Assembly: GCF_009834535.1 (NCBI RefSeq)
Contig: NC_045697.1
Span: 23,004,001 to 23,068,000 of the forward strand
Reading direction: 5' to 3'
DNA length: 64,000 nt
Origin: Camelus ferus
Taxonomy: Eukaryota
The notes under the pieces were generated by a model. That model made no database searches. It was given only the letters and a program-made list of their open reading frames with translations, and was not told the DNA's origin. The translations under genes and the position numbers were made by a program. Of this stretch, positions 51,010 to 63,809 are shown piece after piece. Position 1 is the stretch's first letter. Each line of letters opens with the position of its first letter.

Positions 51010-51515
51010 ACTCAGTGCAGGAAATAAAAGCCACTCTAAGCATCTTAAGCAAGAAGAATTTTAATACAGGAATTGGGTGCCTCTGAGAAAATAGAAAGGG
51101 CTGAAGAATAAATTCTAGATTGATAACTTGGAATTATTTCCAGAACATTCTAAAATTGATGCATTACAGGTGATGCTCCATTTGAAGTCAATTCTAGAGT
51201 TTGGTCAGGAACAAGAAATTATTGCCAGTACAATTGTCAGAAAATTGGATATATGGTCTTTAAAGTTCTTAGCAGGAATATATAGATTATATAATTCTTG
51301 TTAAGAATTCAGGAATACATAGAATAAATACTAGAAGAATAAATACCCCAAGAAGACCCACCATATGTGTGAACTTTCAAACAAGAAGAAAACAACCAAA
51401 GCCTGTAGGAAGAGAGCCATCACCACACAGATCTCACATGACTACACTGAATTAGTATCATGTATCTAACAGCTAGAAACCAATTACAAGGGGTTCTGGG
51501 AAATGTAGTTTTGCA
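51010..51515 (-). mobile_element. Old ERVL/MaLR-type LTR
   Basis: caggaaataaaagccactctaagcatcttaagcaagaagaattttaatacaggaattgg ... caaggggttctgggaaatgtagtttt. Confidence 0.5.
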
Positions 51516-51598
51516 GATGAAATTTAATAAATTGAAGGGCAAATTTAAGGATTTATTTGAGAAGCAAGCTTTTTTTTGGTCTTCTTTTGTTTTATTTG

Positions 51599-52004
51599 TG
51601 CTATGGTTAAGAGGTGTCCCTCTAAAATTCATATGTTGAAGGGCCAACCCCTAGTACTTTAGAATGTAAGCAGGTTGGAGATAAGGTCTATAAAGGTGTG
51701 ATTATGTTAAAAAGAAGCCCTTAGGGTGGGACCCTAATTCAACATGACTGATGTCCGTATAAGAAGAAGAAGAGATACCAGGGACATGCATGTACAGAGG
51801 GTTGGCCATATGAAGAGGCAGCAAGAGAGCAGCCATTTGCAAGGCAAGGAGAGAGACCTTGGAAACCAACCTTGCTGGCATCTTGATCTTTGACTTCAGC
51901 TTCCAGAACTCTGAAAAAAAAAAGAAACGTATGCAATTTAAGCCACATAGACCATAGCATTTTGTTATAGCCCACCCCACCCCCTACCTTAGCAAACTCA
52001 TACA
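51599..52004 (+). mobile_element. MaLR solo LTR, MLT1B-like
   Basis: TG...CA ends (tgctatgg...agcaaactcataca), aaaattcatatgttgaag, gggtgggaccctaat, ctggcatcttgatctttgacttc; TSD atttg/atctg (4 of 5). Confidence 0.85.
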
Positions 52005-55000
52005 ATCTGTTGAGTTGTTTTGGTTGGGTGTTTCACTGTATGACACACTCATCAAAGTTGTAAATGTACTTGTCACAAACAGACTTGCTATTTGAAGCAA
52101 ATGCTTCATCAGACAGGAAATTTTACCTATCCTGTGTAGTACCGATAAATACGCATCCTCCTAGAATATGGGTCTCTGGGCTTTCAGGTTGAGGCAACTG
52201 TACCAAAAATAATTAGGTATACTTGATAAACCTTTGCACAAGTAATTCTCCCTGGCTATGTCCAACATACATTCTGCAGTGAATTCAGAAGTAAAAACTT
52301 TAATTTCAGTGATTTGATTGCAATGTGGATTTCATATTCATTTTTAAGTTTTCTGAGGTGTGTAAGAATGGAAAGTAGAGATATTAATACATAATACAGG
52401 TATTGTAATATGTTTAGCTATGTGTGTAACTATATAGCTCAACCTGATTTTCAGGTATATTGTGTATAGTTTTGTGTTAAAACGTAGTAACCTCAACTGG
52501 TAGGTATTGCTATATGGGGCAGAATCAGTTACAATAATGGAATATTCCTTGTGAGTAATTCCCTTATCTGATTGTCATTTGCTTGGGTGTGCTGAATTTC
52601 ACTTTCGTTTATTGGAGTCATAGTCAGAGTAGTTAATTATTTATAATTTTCCCCTAAAAAAATGTGATTAAGTCATTTTATCTAACTCCATTCCTAAAGA
52701 GGCCAATATACAATTAATTGTGTTCAGTGATGGATAAATCCATTTTGTTTTCCTTTGAGCCCTATTAACTCAGTGGTTGAAATTAAAAAGAACCAGAACA
52801 GCACTTAGAGAATGTGAAACGTAGAATAAAATATTCCCTTTATATGAAAATATGAATTCCAATACTCTTATTATGGTATAAATCAAATCATATGTTTTAT
52901 ATGTTTTAAACTCCACTTGATTGTGGGTTGTTTGCTTGTGTTTCCCCATCTCAAAAATGTTAGAGTTCCCTAAGAAACAAACCCTGTGGTAGTTATTTGA
53001 ATAATGAGAACATAGGTTTGAGCCTAAATGTAGGTTCAAGAGTGGAATCTCAGTCCAGATAGGAAAGACATGGTGTTACAGTCAGTAGAAAATGGTAGGC
53101 ATTCACTACATAAAAATGAGTACATTAGTTAAATGGTCCAAACCAAGTATAAGATGAAGAACTTCACACAAGAAGATAGAGGGTAAGTGGTTTGTGGAGC
53201 AGCTATTAGCAGCATTCAGTTTGACAGCGGAGCTTTATTCAGAGGACACTCAAGTTCTTAGATATGTTACTCATGCAACAAAGGAGAGGAGTTGTATGAG
53301 AAGAACCCAGTGCTTTGAAACTATGCTATAAGGTTGAAATACAGCAAATAAGGTACTAGGATATCAAAATCAGAGCCGGATTAGAGCCGATTAGCTGTAA
53401 AACCAACTTAGTTAGCACATCGGAATGCCCTTGCTTAGGTTAAGAACGATTTCCTCAATAAAAAGCTAAAAATATGAGTCCACATATGATGGAATAGAAA
53501 TGTTTCCATTAATTTTGGATCAGTTCTAGGGCTAGAACAATGGAGTTACTTGACGTAGGTTGTTTTAATTAACTTTAAGAATTATGGCAAAACAAGAGTT
53601 CATAGCATTTATTCCCCCTACAGGATGGCCACACTGTGTCCATTCTTTGGATAACTCATTTGATCCAAGAAGATTCTTGATTGGCTTCCATCTGGATTTT
53701 GATTATATTATTTACTCCAAGGCACAAGATAATTTTTTCTTCAAAACACTGAATGTAGATATATTTTTAAATTCTTCTCCTTTAAGTTCAGGCCTTTCAA
53801 TATGTTGCTTTAACCTTTATCTAGAAGTGAAACAAGTGAGAATTTTGTCTGTACAATAACATGGATTAATTACAGTTGTCCGTTTCTCCCTTTGCTTTGG
53901 AAAGTAATGAACTTTATAAATTGTCTTGCACAGAAGGAAACATTAGAGTGAACCACATATATTGTGTCCATATTTCATCATTTCCCTCCAATTTTAGTGA
54001 CTGATAGTTTCAAACAGGGTATATGTGATTAATCTGGGTAGAAAAATTCCCTGCACAAGCACCATGGTTTACTTTAGTAAGTAGCATCTTCTTTCCAACA
54101 GTTTTCTGAACACCATGCTTGTGAGCAGTGTGAATATCATCCCCATTCACTGATACCTAAAATCTCTCATAGGCATTTTTCTTTGACCCCTTCAGTAATA
54201 GTTAAGGCTCCTTCTATATAATTCATGGTATGACATGCCTTTATCATAGTACCTCTCATACCCTGAAAAAAAAAAAAGGGTAGTCTAGCTTGTTTTCCTC
54301 ACCTTCTTAAACCATGTTAGTTAAAATAAATCCATTGGTATATGCCAAGTTATGGGAATTGATTCTATACATCATTTCATATAATTTTCAAAAGTCTGCA
54401 ATATACACACTATTATCATAATATTTTCAATGATGAAGAGATAAAGATTTTAAACAACGTATCTAATCACAGGAGTCTATGTAAAAAATGTAGGAAGTCA
54501 GCTGTAGCTGTGAAATTTCTAGACACTATGCCTCCTCCCTTTGATATTAAACAACAAATGTAAGTTGAATGTTCAATAAATGTTTTCTAAATATTAGCAG
54601 AATGAAAGACTGAATATCAATTATAAATAAGTCTAGTATCAATAATGAGACTAGGTTCACTACCTACCACTGCTAATAATTAATAAATCTAAGCCCACTG
54701 TATGTTTGTCTTAAATATTCAAATCTAAACAAGTTGGGGAATATTTTAGAGAGTGTTTTGAGAGACCTATGTTTCCAGAATCAAAAGACTTGCCTAACTT
54801 GATCTTTTTCATCACGCGAGCATTAGTTCATATTGTCATTTCTTTGTATAGTCTTTTTTTAACCACTCCACTAGACACTCAGTCACTCTTACTGCTTTCC
54901 AGTATTTTCTTATCTATTCGCTTTTTACTTATTGATTGTATTACTATGTATTCATGGTTACCCTTATCAGAATGAACTCTCTATGATATTAAAGACAAAT

Positions 55001-55204
55001 TCTTCTGGATAACTCAAAACTTAATGCCTATGACATATAGATAGTCAATATTTATAATTTAATTAATAGATAAGCATTTCCTTAATTATATGTTGCTGAA
55101 AATATTTGAAATAGAGACCCAGGTATTATTAGTATTATTATAATCTACAGTCATCAGTTTATAATAATAAAATTATGTTTTTATGTAGTTATTGATATTT
55201 AAGA

Positions 55205-55430
55205 CAATAATAACAGTAATAATAATAATTTATTGAATGTCTCTGCTCTGTATAGACTTTAACATAGGCTTGATTAAAGATGGATGTTGTATTATACCTA
55301 TATAATAATCCTGTAAGTATTAGTTTGCACATTTTAGGAAAAGGAAACCAATTTTCAGAAAGTATAATAGACTGGCACAAAGACACACAACTAATAAAAA
55401 GAACATCCATGATTTATAGTCTGTCCACCT
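55205..55430 (-). mobile_element. MIR SINE
   Basis: aataataatttattgaatgtct...cacattttaggaaaaggaaac...gactggcacaaagacacacaactaataa. Confidence 0.6.
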
Positions 55431-57179
55431 GGCTACTATCCTGAAATATTTTCACTTGCCAAACTAACACATGTGGAATCTTTTCATTTTCTTTACATAT
55501 TTTTTGGTCTATTTAAGTAAGTCTTCATCAGTTTCTTGGCTCTGTAATTCTGATCCCTAATTCCATTGCTTAACTCTATTCTGGCTGAAGTTCTTTATTC
55601 GAGTACAGAGGAAAGCTTTACATGTTCATTTGAGTCAAACACAAGAGCTATAAATAGGGATTCACGTAAGGGTTTCATGTTGATTTTTATAACCATATCA
55701 GTAGTATATTTTTTCCAGCATATTACCTAGATTTGGGTGGGAATCCATGTAATGGGTATTTGAATAAAGTCTACTGATACCAGGGGAATAAAATACACAG
55801 GTGGGATTTTAGTCATAAGAGAGTTAGGAAGCCAAGTAGAAGCATGGTTTAGGCAACAGAACAGAATTTGAAGAACAACAAATTTTGTACTGGACTGGAT
55901 TGCCTAGCTACCTAAGGAGAAAATTGGCCTCAGATTCTGCAGTAGAATTGGCTGCAATATACATCATTCAGTGAACTCACACTGGGAGTTTCAGAGAGAT
56001 TTGGGAGCAGAAGCCATTCAAGAACTCACAAAAATCATTCCCATATATATATATATATATGTATATAACACATTTGGACACAATTTTTAAAATTCCTTTA
56101 CATTTTTCAAAGATGAAAAATTTTGGTTACTATTCATTGATAATCTTGCCTCCAAATGGAAATCATCCCAGCTTATCATAATTAGACATCTTCTCCACTC
56201 AATTGAATGGAGTGTGTTAATTCTGAGGGTGATAATTACCTCGTTGGTAATAATGTTATGATAGATAATTTATGTACACAAGGTTGTTTGTTATGGAACA
56301 TCCACATTTTTAATGTACTGGAATTGGAAGGTTTTCCTTCTCTCTTCACATGAAAATAACAAATAATACTTACCAGCATTTACAGGTAATATAAAACTGT
56401 ACCTGTGTCAAGATTCCATAAATATGTTCACATTAGAAAAATAACACCTGTTGTTACGTGACTCAATTTATTTTAGAAAGATAAATAAGACAGTTTTAAA
56501 TTTGTTTTATGTCACCATGGTATTCTGCATTGAATTTTGACTTAATTAGCTATGTATAGGAAAATTCGATCCTAAATAGCTCAGTGTATTGCATTTTAAT
56601 GGGGTATGGTGGAAACCATAATATGGTCTGTAGCCTTTTAAATAGGAGCATAACCCACCTCCACAGTTTCTTCCCCAGTTAAACATATACCACTTCTTGG
56701 CTTGTGTCTCTGCTAGAAGATTTTCTGCATTAATTGAGCATGATCATTTCAAGTTCAATCTATCTAAATATTAAAAAGAGGTGTGAATTATTTTAATCTT
56801 GCCAGAGTTACTGAAAAGTTTGTGTATGGTTACATGTAAGAGTTGGCTGTCAATTGGTTACAATGCAATTGGTTAACATGTTTGTAGAAAATTTTAAGAG
56901 ACTTGAGCTGTCTTTCTACACTTTCTGTGAGTATATAGCATATTCTAAGTGGAATGGAAGAAATGATACAGAAAACCAAAAAGAAGAGAAGAGGATGAAT
57001 ATCACTGAGCTTCTTTGGCAGCTTGTTTTATAATAACTCAATGATAACATTCAAAACAAAACAGAGCGATTTAGATCTCATACTTCAAAGTGTGTTCACA
57101 TAGCCGTTGGAACCTTATGGGAAAATATCTTATTCCTTTCTATTGGTTCTGTAGTCAATTAACGTATGTAGAAATTTAT

Positions 57180-57330
57180 ATTATCTCTCTGTTCCTTAGT
57201 GTCCTCATTAGTAAAATGAAGATAATAATATTACTCATTGGACTTCTACGAGGATTAAATGAGTTAAAGCAGTTAAGCTCTTAGAAAAGTGCCTGGTGCA
57301 TAGTAAGTACTATGATTAGTAATGATTATC
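57180..57330 (+). mobile_element. MIR SINE 3' half
   Basis: ctctctgttccttagtgtcctcattagtaaaatgaagataataat...gaggattaaatgagtta...cttagaaaagtgcctggtgcatagtaagt. Confidence 0.8.
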
Positions 57331-58074
57331 TTTATTGTGCCAAATTGGGTATTTATTCATCATATTAAGGGTGCTATTGTACTAAGGGTCAAAATAACAG
57401 TATGGAAACTATATTTCATTACAATATGATGCATAGTGATCATGGCCGATAGTGATTCAGTAAAATCTATGAATCCTATGTAAATGTCTTAGAACAGTGT
57501 CTTCAACAGTGATATACATAAAAAAGGCATATTATTCTTTGGTAAAGTAGCTTACAATTATTAAGTAGTAGAAAGAGAAATACTAGTTTTCATAAACGTA
57601 GTAGTTACCCTTTAACTGTTATTGGTCACTGAATATATAAGTGTACTGACTTTAATTAAAACTTTATTGATGGAATTTAAAGTCATGTCTAACAATATTT
57701 TGACTACTCTTTGATGAACATCCTTGTCATGTATTCTTGTGCAAAGTCTTCTCTATCTTAATGCCTACTTTATTTCCGGGAGACATTTTCCAAAGGGCAT
57801 AGCAATATCAGGAGTCAAACAAAAAGTGATCTCCCACATCAAAGATTAACAACATAACTGGGGGGAAAAGATGGGTTAGAAGAGGCCCAATGCAAGCTGT
57901 TGGATATAAAGGATATAAGGATGGTGACAAAAAGTTATTTGGAGTTCTTGAAGTTTTGTAGATACTTCTGCGTAAGATTTCAAAAAGAAGCAAGAATTAC
58001 GGTCAGCTTAGAAGCGTATACCCAAGGCATGTCCTTCAGTTCTGAGGGTGTCACTGTGCCCCACTCTTACTAGT

Positions 58075-58515
58075 TGTTTCAGTTCTATGTTGATGAAGAA
58101 CAAACAGACCCAGCACTTTGTAACTTAACAGGACAACATTCCCTTGCGCATGGACCGTCAATTGTGTCAGGGATTTGGGGACAATTTATCATTGTTCCAT
58201 GTGGCGCTGGCTGCAGTAAAATTCAGCTGGGTTTTCAGCTAGGGTAGCAGGAAAGGCTGAGACCCAGGTGAGCCTCTGTCTCCAAGAGGGTAGCCAGTCT
58301 TTTTACATGGTGGCTCAGGGCTCCAAGACAGTCAGAGCTACTCTCAAAAATAACACAGCCTCACTTGGACAACATTTTCTTGGTCAAAGCAAGCCATACT
58401 CCAGCCTAAAATAGAGGGAAGGTAAAATACATTTCATCTCAGTGGGAAGGGTAGTAATGCACATAGAACTGCAAGAATTGAGCATGACCATCTTTTCAAC
58501 CTGAAAGCTACCATA
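58075..58515 (-). mobile_element. MaLR solo LTR, MLT1G/MLT1H-like
   Basis: tttacatggtggctcagggctccaag...ttggtcaaagcaagccat...catctcagtgggaagg; TSD ctagt/ttagt (4 of 5). Confidence 0.7.
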
Positions 58516-58520
58516 TTAGT

Positions 58521-59750
58521 CCAAGACATTGCATTTTCCCTTATTTTCATAGACTCTTCATCCTTTTGTAATATTTTCTTTATTATACTCACCTAGAATT
58601 ATCCAGTTTTAGTGCTTCCTGCTGAGATACTGATTGACACAGCAATCAGTACCTCGGAGTGGCCTCCAGGAAACAGATGTTCTCAATGGGATTCTGGGGT
58701 TGGAGTGCTCATATATTTGAGGGATGCACTCATAGCTTTCCTGCTAGGGAACACTGATAACCTGTGACATGCAATTATAATCTACTTTTGGAAGTCATGG
58801 ACCAGCTAATTGTAAAAGCTTCCCAAATTTATATTAGTTAGGCTTGGTGAAGCATGTATGGGAGTGTACTGAGTCAAGAAGGGAAATATAATGCTGTATT
58901 GGGTTGAAATTATTGACATGGTTTCACAAACCTAAAATTCAAGATGTAATGTATTAGCGTTGGTGGGGCATAAGTACTAAATGAAGCCTAGACTCTTCAA
59001 TGGCTTGTGGTCAATGAGGTAGAAATGCCAGATCTTCCTTAGTCATGCTGTTAGAAAAGAATTCAAAGCACTGGGAAAGGAAAATGTTCCACACAACCTG
59101 TTAAGACATTCCCTTTCTTTACCAACAAAAAGAATTAGAGGCTGCTGCTGCCTAGACGATATTGAGAAGTGCTTTGATGAGCGAGCTATAAGCATCCTTG
59201 AAAAATTCAGTGGCAGCTGTCTTCAGTGGACCAGGGATGATTGTGGTGATATTGTAATAAAACTGAATTTCCTGATTTCACTAAAAGTAAGGATATAATA
59301 AAGTAGTAAAAGCAAGTGACAGCTCTTAACCACCAGAGATAAGGCAGGAATAATCACATAAAGTTTTAAAAAAGAAGTGATGATCAGTGTGCCTACAGGT
59401 ACCTATGGTGTTGGCCGATTCACCACAGGACGGCTGGAAATAAAATAGACCATCAGCTGCTAATATACTGCTTGATGTATAATAGCAAAATATATTTACA
59501 GCAAGTGGGCAGCGACCTTACTCAACTCACTGTAGTGGAGATTCATGGTTCCCAGGTTTAAATCAATTCAGATTTGGAGTGCCTTGACCTGGGGGAACCT
59601 GAGTCTTTTCGAGAAACAGCATTGCAACATGGCCTCGGATATGCACTGTTAATTTCCTCCGAACTTTCCCACAGTGACCTGCTGATATTTGCTGGGGGTG
59701 ACTGTATATTGGAGGAAACAATACACAGTCCTGTGGTTTACAAGATTTCA
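58521..59750 (+). mobile_element. ERVL proviral remnant: LTR 3' end, PBS-like site and degenerate gag
   Basis: LTR-like end ...gatactgattgacaca (58641), then cagtacctcggagtgg; hand translation gives IMLYWVEIIDMVSQT*NSRCNVLA, WLVVNEVEMPDLP*, ASLKNSVAAVF and QVTALNHQR*G, matching recalled ERVL Gag blocks (EFIDMG, ELEMPDLPW, ASLKSSV, QVAALNRQRQG). Confidence 0.75.
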
Positions 59751-60984
59751 GTTCTTTACCCAAAGTAATTTCCAGAGACTCAAATTTCATCCTTTCAAGG
59801 TTTCTGTAGGCTTTTTCCTTCTTCAAAAGCTCCTTTCCATTTGTCCTCTTCTACTGAAATAACTTAATGTCAAGACTGAAATGTCTTGTTGGTTTTTTAA
59901 AATTCTTTCCACATTGAAAAAAAAAATCCTTATATTAAACTCTCCTCAAACAACTCACTCTGAGAGTGACATCTAGTTCCTTAAGGAACACTGACTAGAT
60001 CAGTTTGTTATTATAATCAACTTTATTATTGTCAGCAAGGGATGGCAAGCAAATAAGTGAGAAGGCACTCTTTCCAAACACGGATGTGACAGTAAATTGA
60101 GTAGCTCCTATAGTTGTTGTAATTATTATTCTATATAAACATCTTTTGTGTCTTTTTTGCAATTGACTGTATCCTTTGACTGAGGTATTGCTTCAAAGAG
60201 TTAACCATTATCCAGTATTTCCTTTGATAGCTAAGATTTTCATTTATTTATAATTTTCTTTCAAATTTTGGAACATGTGTTATAGAAAATTATTTTCTTC
60301 AATGTGCAAAATTGGCTTCTTGTAATGAAGACTGTTTACTTGTAATGGTTTCTGGGTATTTTGCTGATTTGGCTGCTAATCTAATACAGCAGAAGAATGA
60401 TCTTTTGTACAAATCTGCTTTCTCAATAGCAGTTTCCCCCAAGGCCAAGATGGAGGTTTGATTGAAAGAATGATCTGTATTTTCATTTTGCATAAGGGCT
60501 ACCCCTAGAACCTTGATTTGTTCTGATATAACTGTTTGGGGTAAAAATAACAACACGTCAAAATATATTGGAAGAAATATGCCATTTACTTTGATACAGT
60601 TTTTTTTTTTCACAACCATTAGCTTAGAGAGCTATTTTCTAGTTTCTGTGTATTATGTGTTGTGTAAGCTAAACATTTTAGCAGGTTAAAACTGATGAAG
60701 CAGATAATATATTTTTAAAGTTTAGAAGTTCTCAAAAATATTATAAATTTTAAATATAAAAATATGACTCCAGTCTTTCAATGCTGGGTTATTCAATGTT
60801 TATCTCTATTCCTGTTGCTATGGTAGTTTCTAGGTACCCAAGGATATTAAAAGCATCATCTCTAATCTTGTGAATTAACAAGATATGCACATGACGTTTT
60901 CTCTTTCACCATATTGTACCTTTCCATTTGGCCAACATATATACATACACATGTCCAAACAGAAACATTAATAGGCTTTGAAGT

Positions 60985-61195
60985 TAAACATAATTTTTGA
61001 GTCCTGGTTAGAATTTTAACTTGTATTTTCTTTGGCAAGTTCTTAAGTTTTCTGAGTTTCAAATTGCTCATCTGTATGATGAAGATAAAAAAACTTATTT
61101 ATTAGTTTGCTCTAAGATTTCAGGAAGAGAGTCAATGAAGACAAATTACCTAGAACCATGCAAGACATAATAGGATCAAAAATATAAATGTTTCC
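60985..61195 (+). mobile_element. MIR SINE
   Basis: tttggcaagttcttaagttttctgagtttcaaattgctcatctgtatgatgaagataa. Confidence 0.65.
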
Positions 61196-61434
61196 TTCTC
61201 AAAGTCAATTGAATATAATTTAATTTTAATATAATATATGCTTTCCTGATTATTATCTCCTAATTATTTTAATCTATTTTTCTGATTGTCAAGAGAGATT
61301 AAATATGTTGATATATGTATTGGGTATTTAGATTTTTCCCTTCTGTGCATATCATTTCTTCCCATTTTCCTTTTTTTCTTCTTCTGATCCTTTCATAGAT
61401 TTTTAGCCATTCCTTATAAGTTTTGGACACTTGA

Positions 61435-61465
<31 letters not shown>
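61435..61465. repeat. (TTTTG)n simple repeat, probably derived from the adjacent L1 tail
   Basis: Direct reading. Confidence 0.85.
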
Positions 61466-61477
61466 TGATTTTTTTCT

Positions 61478-61925
61478 TTTTTATAGAGCAGTTTTGTTTT
61501 AGGTTCAGAGCAAATTTAAGAAGAAAGTAGACAGAGTTCCTATATATTTCTCTTCCCACCACATGCACAGCCTGCCCATTATTAACATTTCCCACTAGAG
61601 TGGTGCATTTGCTATAACTGATGACACTGCATTGACATATAATCACCCCAAATCCACATTTTACATTGTGGTCACTTTTGGTGTTGTGCATTGTATCGAG
61701 GGGGACAAATGTATACAGACATGTATCCATCATTATGGCATCATACTAAGTATTTCCACTGCCTCCGAGCCCTCTGAGCTTTACCTGTTCATCTCTGGCA
61801 GCAATGAATGAGTTCCTGCTCCCCATTCACACATACAGCATTTAGTATTATTTTCAGGGTTCTGGGTTTGGGTCATTCTAATAAATGCATAGTGGTACCT
61901 CCTGATTGTTTTGATTTGCTTTTTA
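61478..61925 (-). mobile_element. L1 (L1MC1/2-like) 3' end joined to a more upstream L1 segment
   Basis: agagcagttt...aggttcagagcaaatt...cactagagtggtgcatttg...gacaaatgtata...acatgtatccatcattat; then gcaatgaatgagttcctg...cattctaataaatgcatagtggtacctc. Confidence 0.8.
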
Positions 61926-62251
61926 TATTGCTTAAATACATTTATATCTTCAGAGATGATAAAAATATCCATAAGAGGACCAATTTTTCAGGAATTCAAA
62001 TAATCTACACTTTTTCTGTCACAGAATTGTTATTTGAATTGGGCTTCATTTTCATCATCTAGAAAATGCAGAGTTTGAACCAGATGGCTCCCAGAATTCT
62101 AAATCATGCATAGAGAAAATACTGTTTTCTGAAATATTAGAGAAATTACAATCTTTATAAAATATTTTTAATTTCAACAGACATCTCCACCTCCTTTACC
62201 AGAGTTATGTCCAGTCACATTTGTTTTTACATTGTGTATTATGCCTTTCCC

Positions 62252-62601
62252 TGTTACGGAAACAACAGGCCAGCCAAGAAACAAGAACCACTCAGAGGGT
62301 TGGAGTACTCAGATGTATTACGCCGGCGGGCTCAGAGGGGCTTCTGCTCTGAAGCTCTGAGCACCTCCAAGACGTGCGCATGAGGTTTTATAGGGTAAAG
62401 TACAAGCTTGGGGTATTTGGCCAATAGGCATGGAACAGCTTTAGCAGCATCACTATCACAAAAGTGGAGGCAGGGAGGCAGCAAGCCAACACTAATTAAC
62501 TTAGATTTACAAGTTAGTCCAGCAGAACTCAGATCAGTATTCCGATACTTAGATTTGTGAGTTATCTTGTTAGCCCAGCCCAGCCCAGCTTTTCCTTCAC
62601 A
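62252..62601 (-). mobile_element. Young-looking solo LTR, ERV1 (gamma-like) class, 350 bp
   Basis: TG...CA termini; perfect 4-bp TSD tccc (62248-62251 / 62602-62605); TATAAAA on minus at 62386-62392; CCAAT at 62421-62425; 7 CpGs retained. Confidence 0.85.
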
Positions 62602-62979
62602 TCCCTTTTCACATTTGTAGAATGGGCATGGAAATGAGGGAAGAAATTTAGGATTTTTTTTTTTTTCATTTTCTCAAATCTATGATTAGGTATTATTTAG
62701 CCTATGTTATAGAGGAAAAACACTTTTTTAAAACACTGTCATGTAGTAACTAATAATTATTGAATTCAGAATTATTGAAAGCTATTTGCAGTAGAAACCT
62801 TTAAAAGCAATTAGCTCCTTACTGATAAATATTTTTTTCAGAGTTAAGGTTATTCAGAGAAAAATTCAAAGTAAACCATGGCTTTTAATTCTAGTACAAT
62901 GACTAGTTGGCTGAAAATTTCTACATGTATTTTCCTTTGAAAGGGGGATTTAGTCCCTGATTTCAAAAACAGCACAGGG

Positions 62980-63423
62980 TGTGAAGGGTGTGGCCTCTTC
63001 AAAAGACAGAATCTGAGACAGAAATTTGAGTGACGATAGTTTATAGGGAAGAACTAGAGGGATTGTAACTGTAAAATGTAAGGGAAACAGGACTGGGCAG
63101 GTCAAACAGTTGAACTGTAATTTGGTTCCAGCTGAAGCCCCCGCAGATCATATGGGAACTCTGGTCCTGAGATGGCCCTTCTGAGATGTTCTGAATTGGA
63201 AAAAGAGGAGCCAGACTTAACACGTCCTTTCATTGACCAGGTATTGAGTGAGGGTTGCCCCTGGGAAGTTCTTAACCTTAAGAAAGGCAGCTCCTCTGTG
63301 TTGACAGAAATTCCTGGAGGGGGACTCAGCTGTGAGCCATCAGCTGTCATATTTCACAGTCACTAGAGACATGACTCAGTCCTGAAGGACAATCTGAGCA
63401 GCATATCTATGATCCTAAGTGCA
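62980..63423 (-). mobile_element. ERVL LTR, LTR16-family-like
   Basis: acagaatctgagacagaaatttg...gtttataggg...aaacaggactgggcag...gttgaactg...gggaactctgg...gatggcccttc...gggactcagctgtgagccatcagc. Confidence 0.7.
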
Positions 63424-63539
63424 TTAGTTGAGTCCATGCACTGATCAGATAGACAGCATTTTCTTGGTTTTGTTTACACTATTATTCTTTTATATAAGAT
63501 CTGTAAAAAAATCAATTGCTCTATCTCAGTACTATCTAA

Positions 63540-63750
63540 GGGTTTAAAATGTGGACAGACCAACCTGAATTCTAATCATAGTTTTAGAGGTGAAAGCTTA
63601 GCCAAATGATTTAATTTTTCTAAGCCTCATTTGTGAAAATGAACTTTTATACCTTAAAATATTTTTAAGAGATTGAAATAAGATGATGCGTGTTAAATTC
63701 AGCCCAGTGACTAGAAGGTAATGTGTACTCAATAAATGGTTTCCATAATA
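63540..63750 (+). mobile_element. MIR SINE
   Basis: atttaatttttctaagcctcatttgtgaaaatg...gagattgaaataagatgatgcgtgt...gtactcaataaatggtt. Confidence 0.65.
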
Positions 63751-63809
63751 GAACATTATAAATTCAAGAAGGAAATTTATAGAAACAGTTATAACATACA
63801 GTTTAATGG

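Noticed and set aside
58880..59750. Domesticated Fv1-like gag gene
   Set aside because: In-frame stops within conserved blocks and frameshifts; no long ORF
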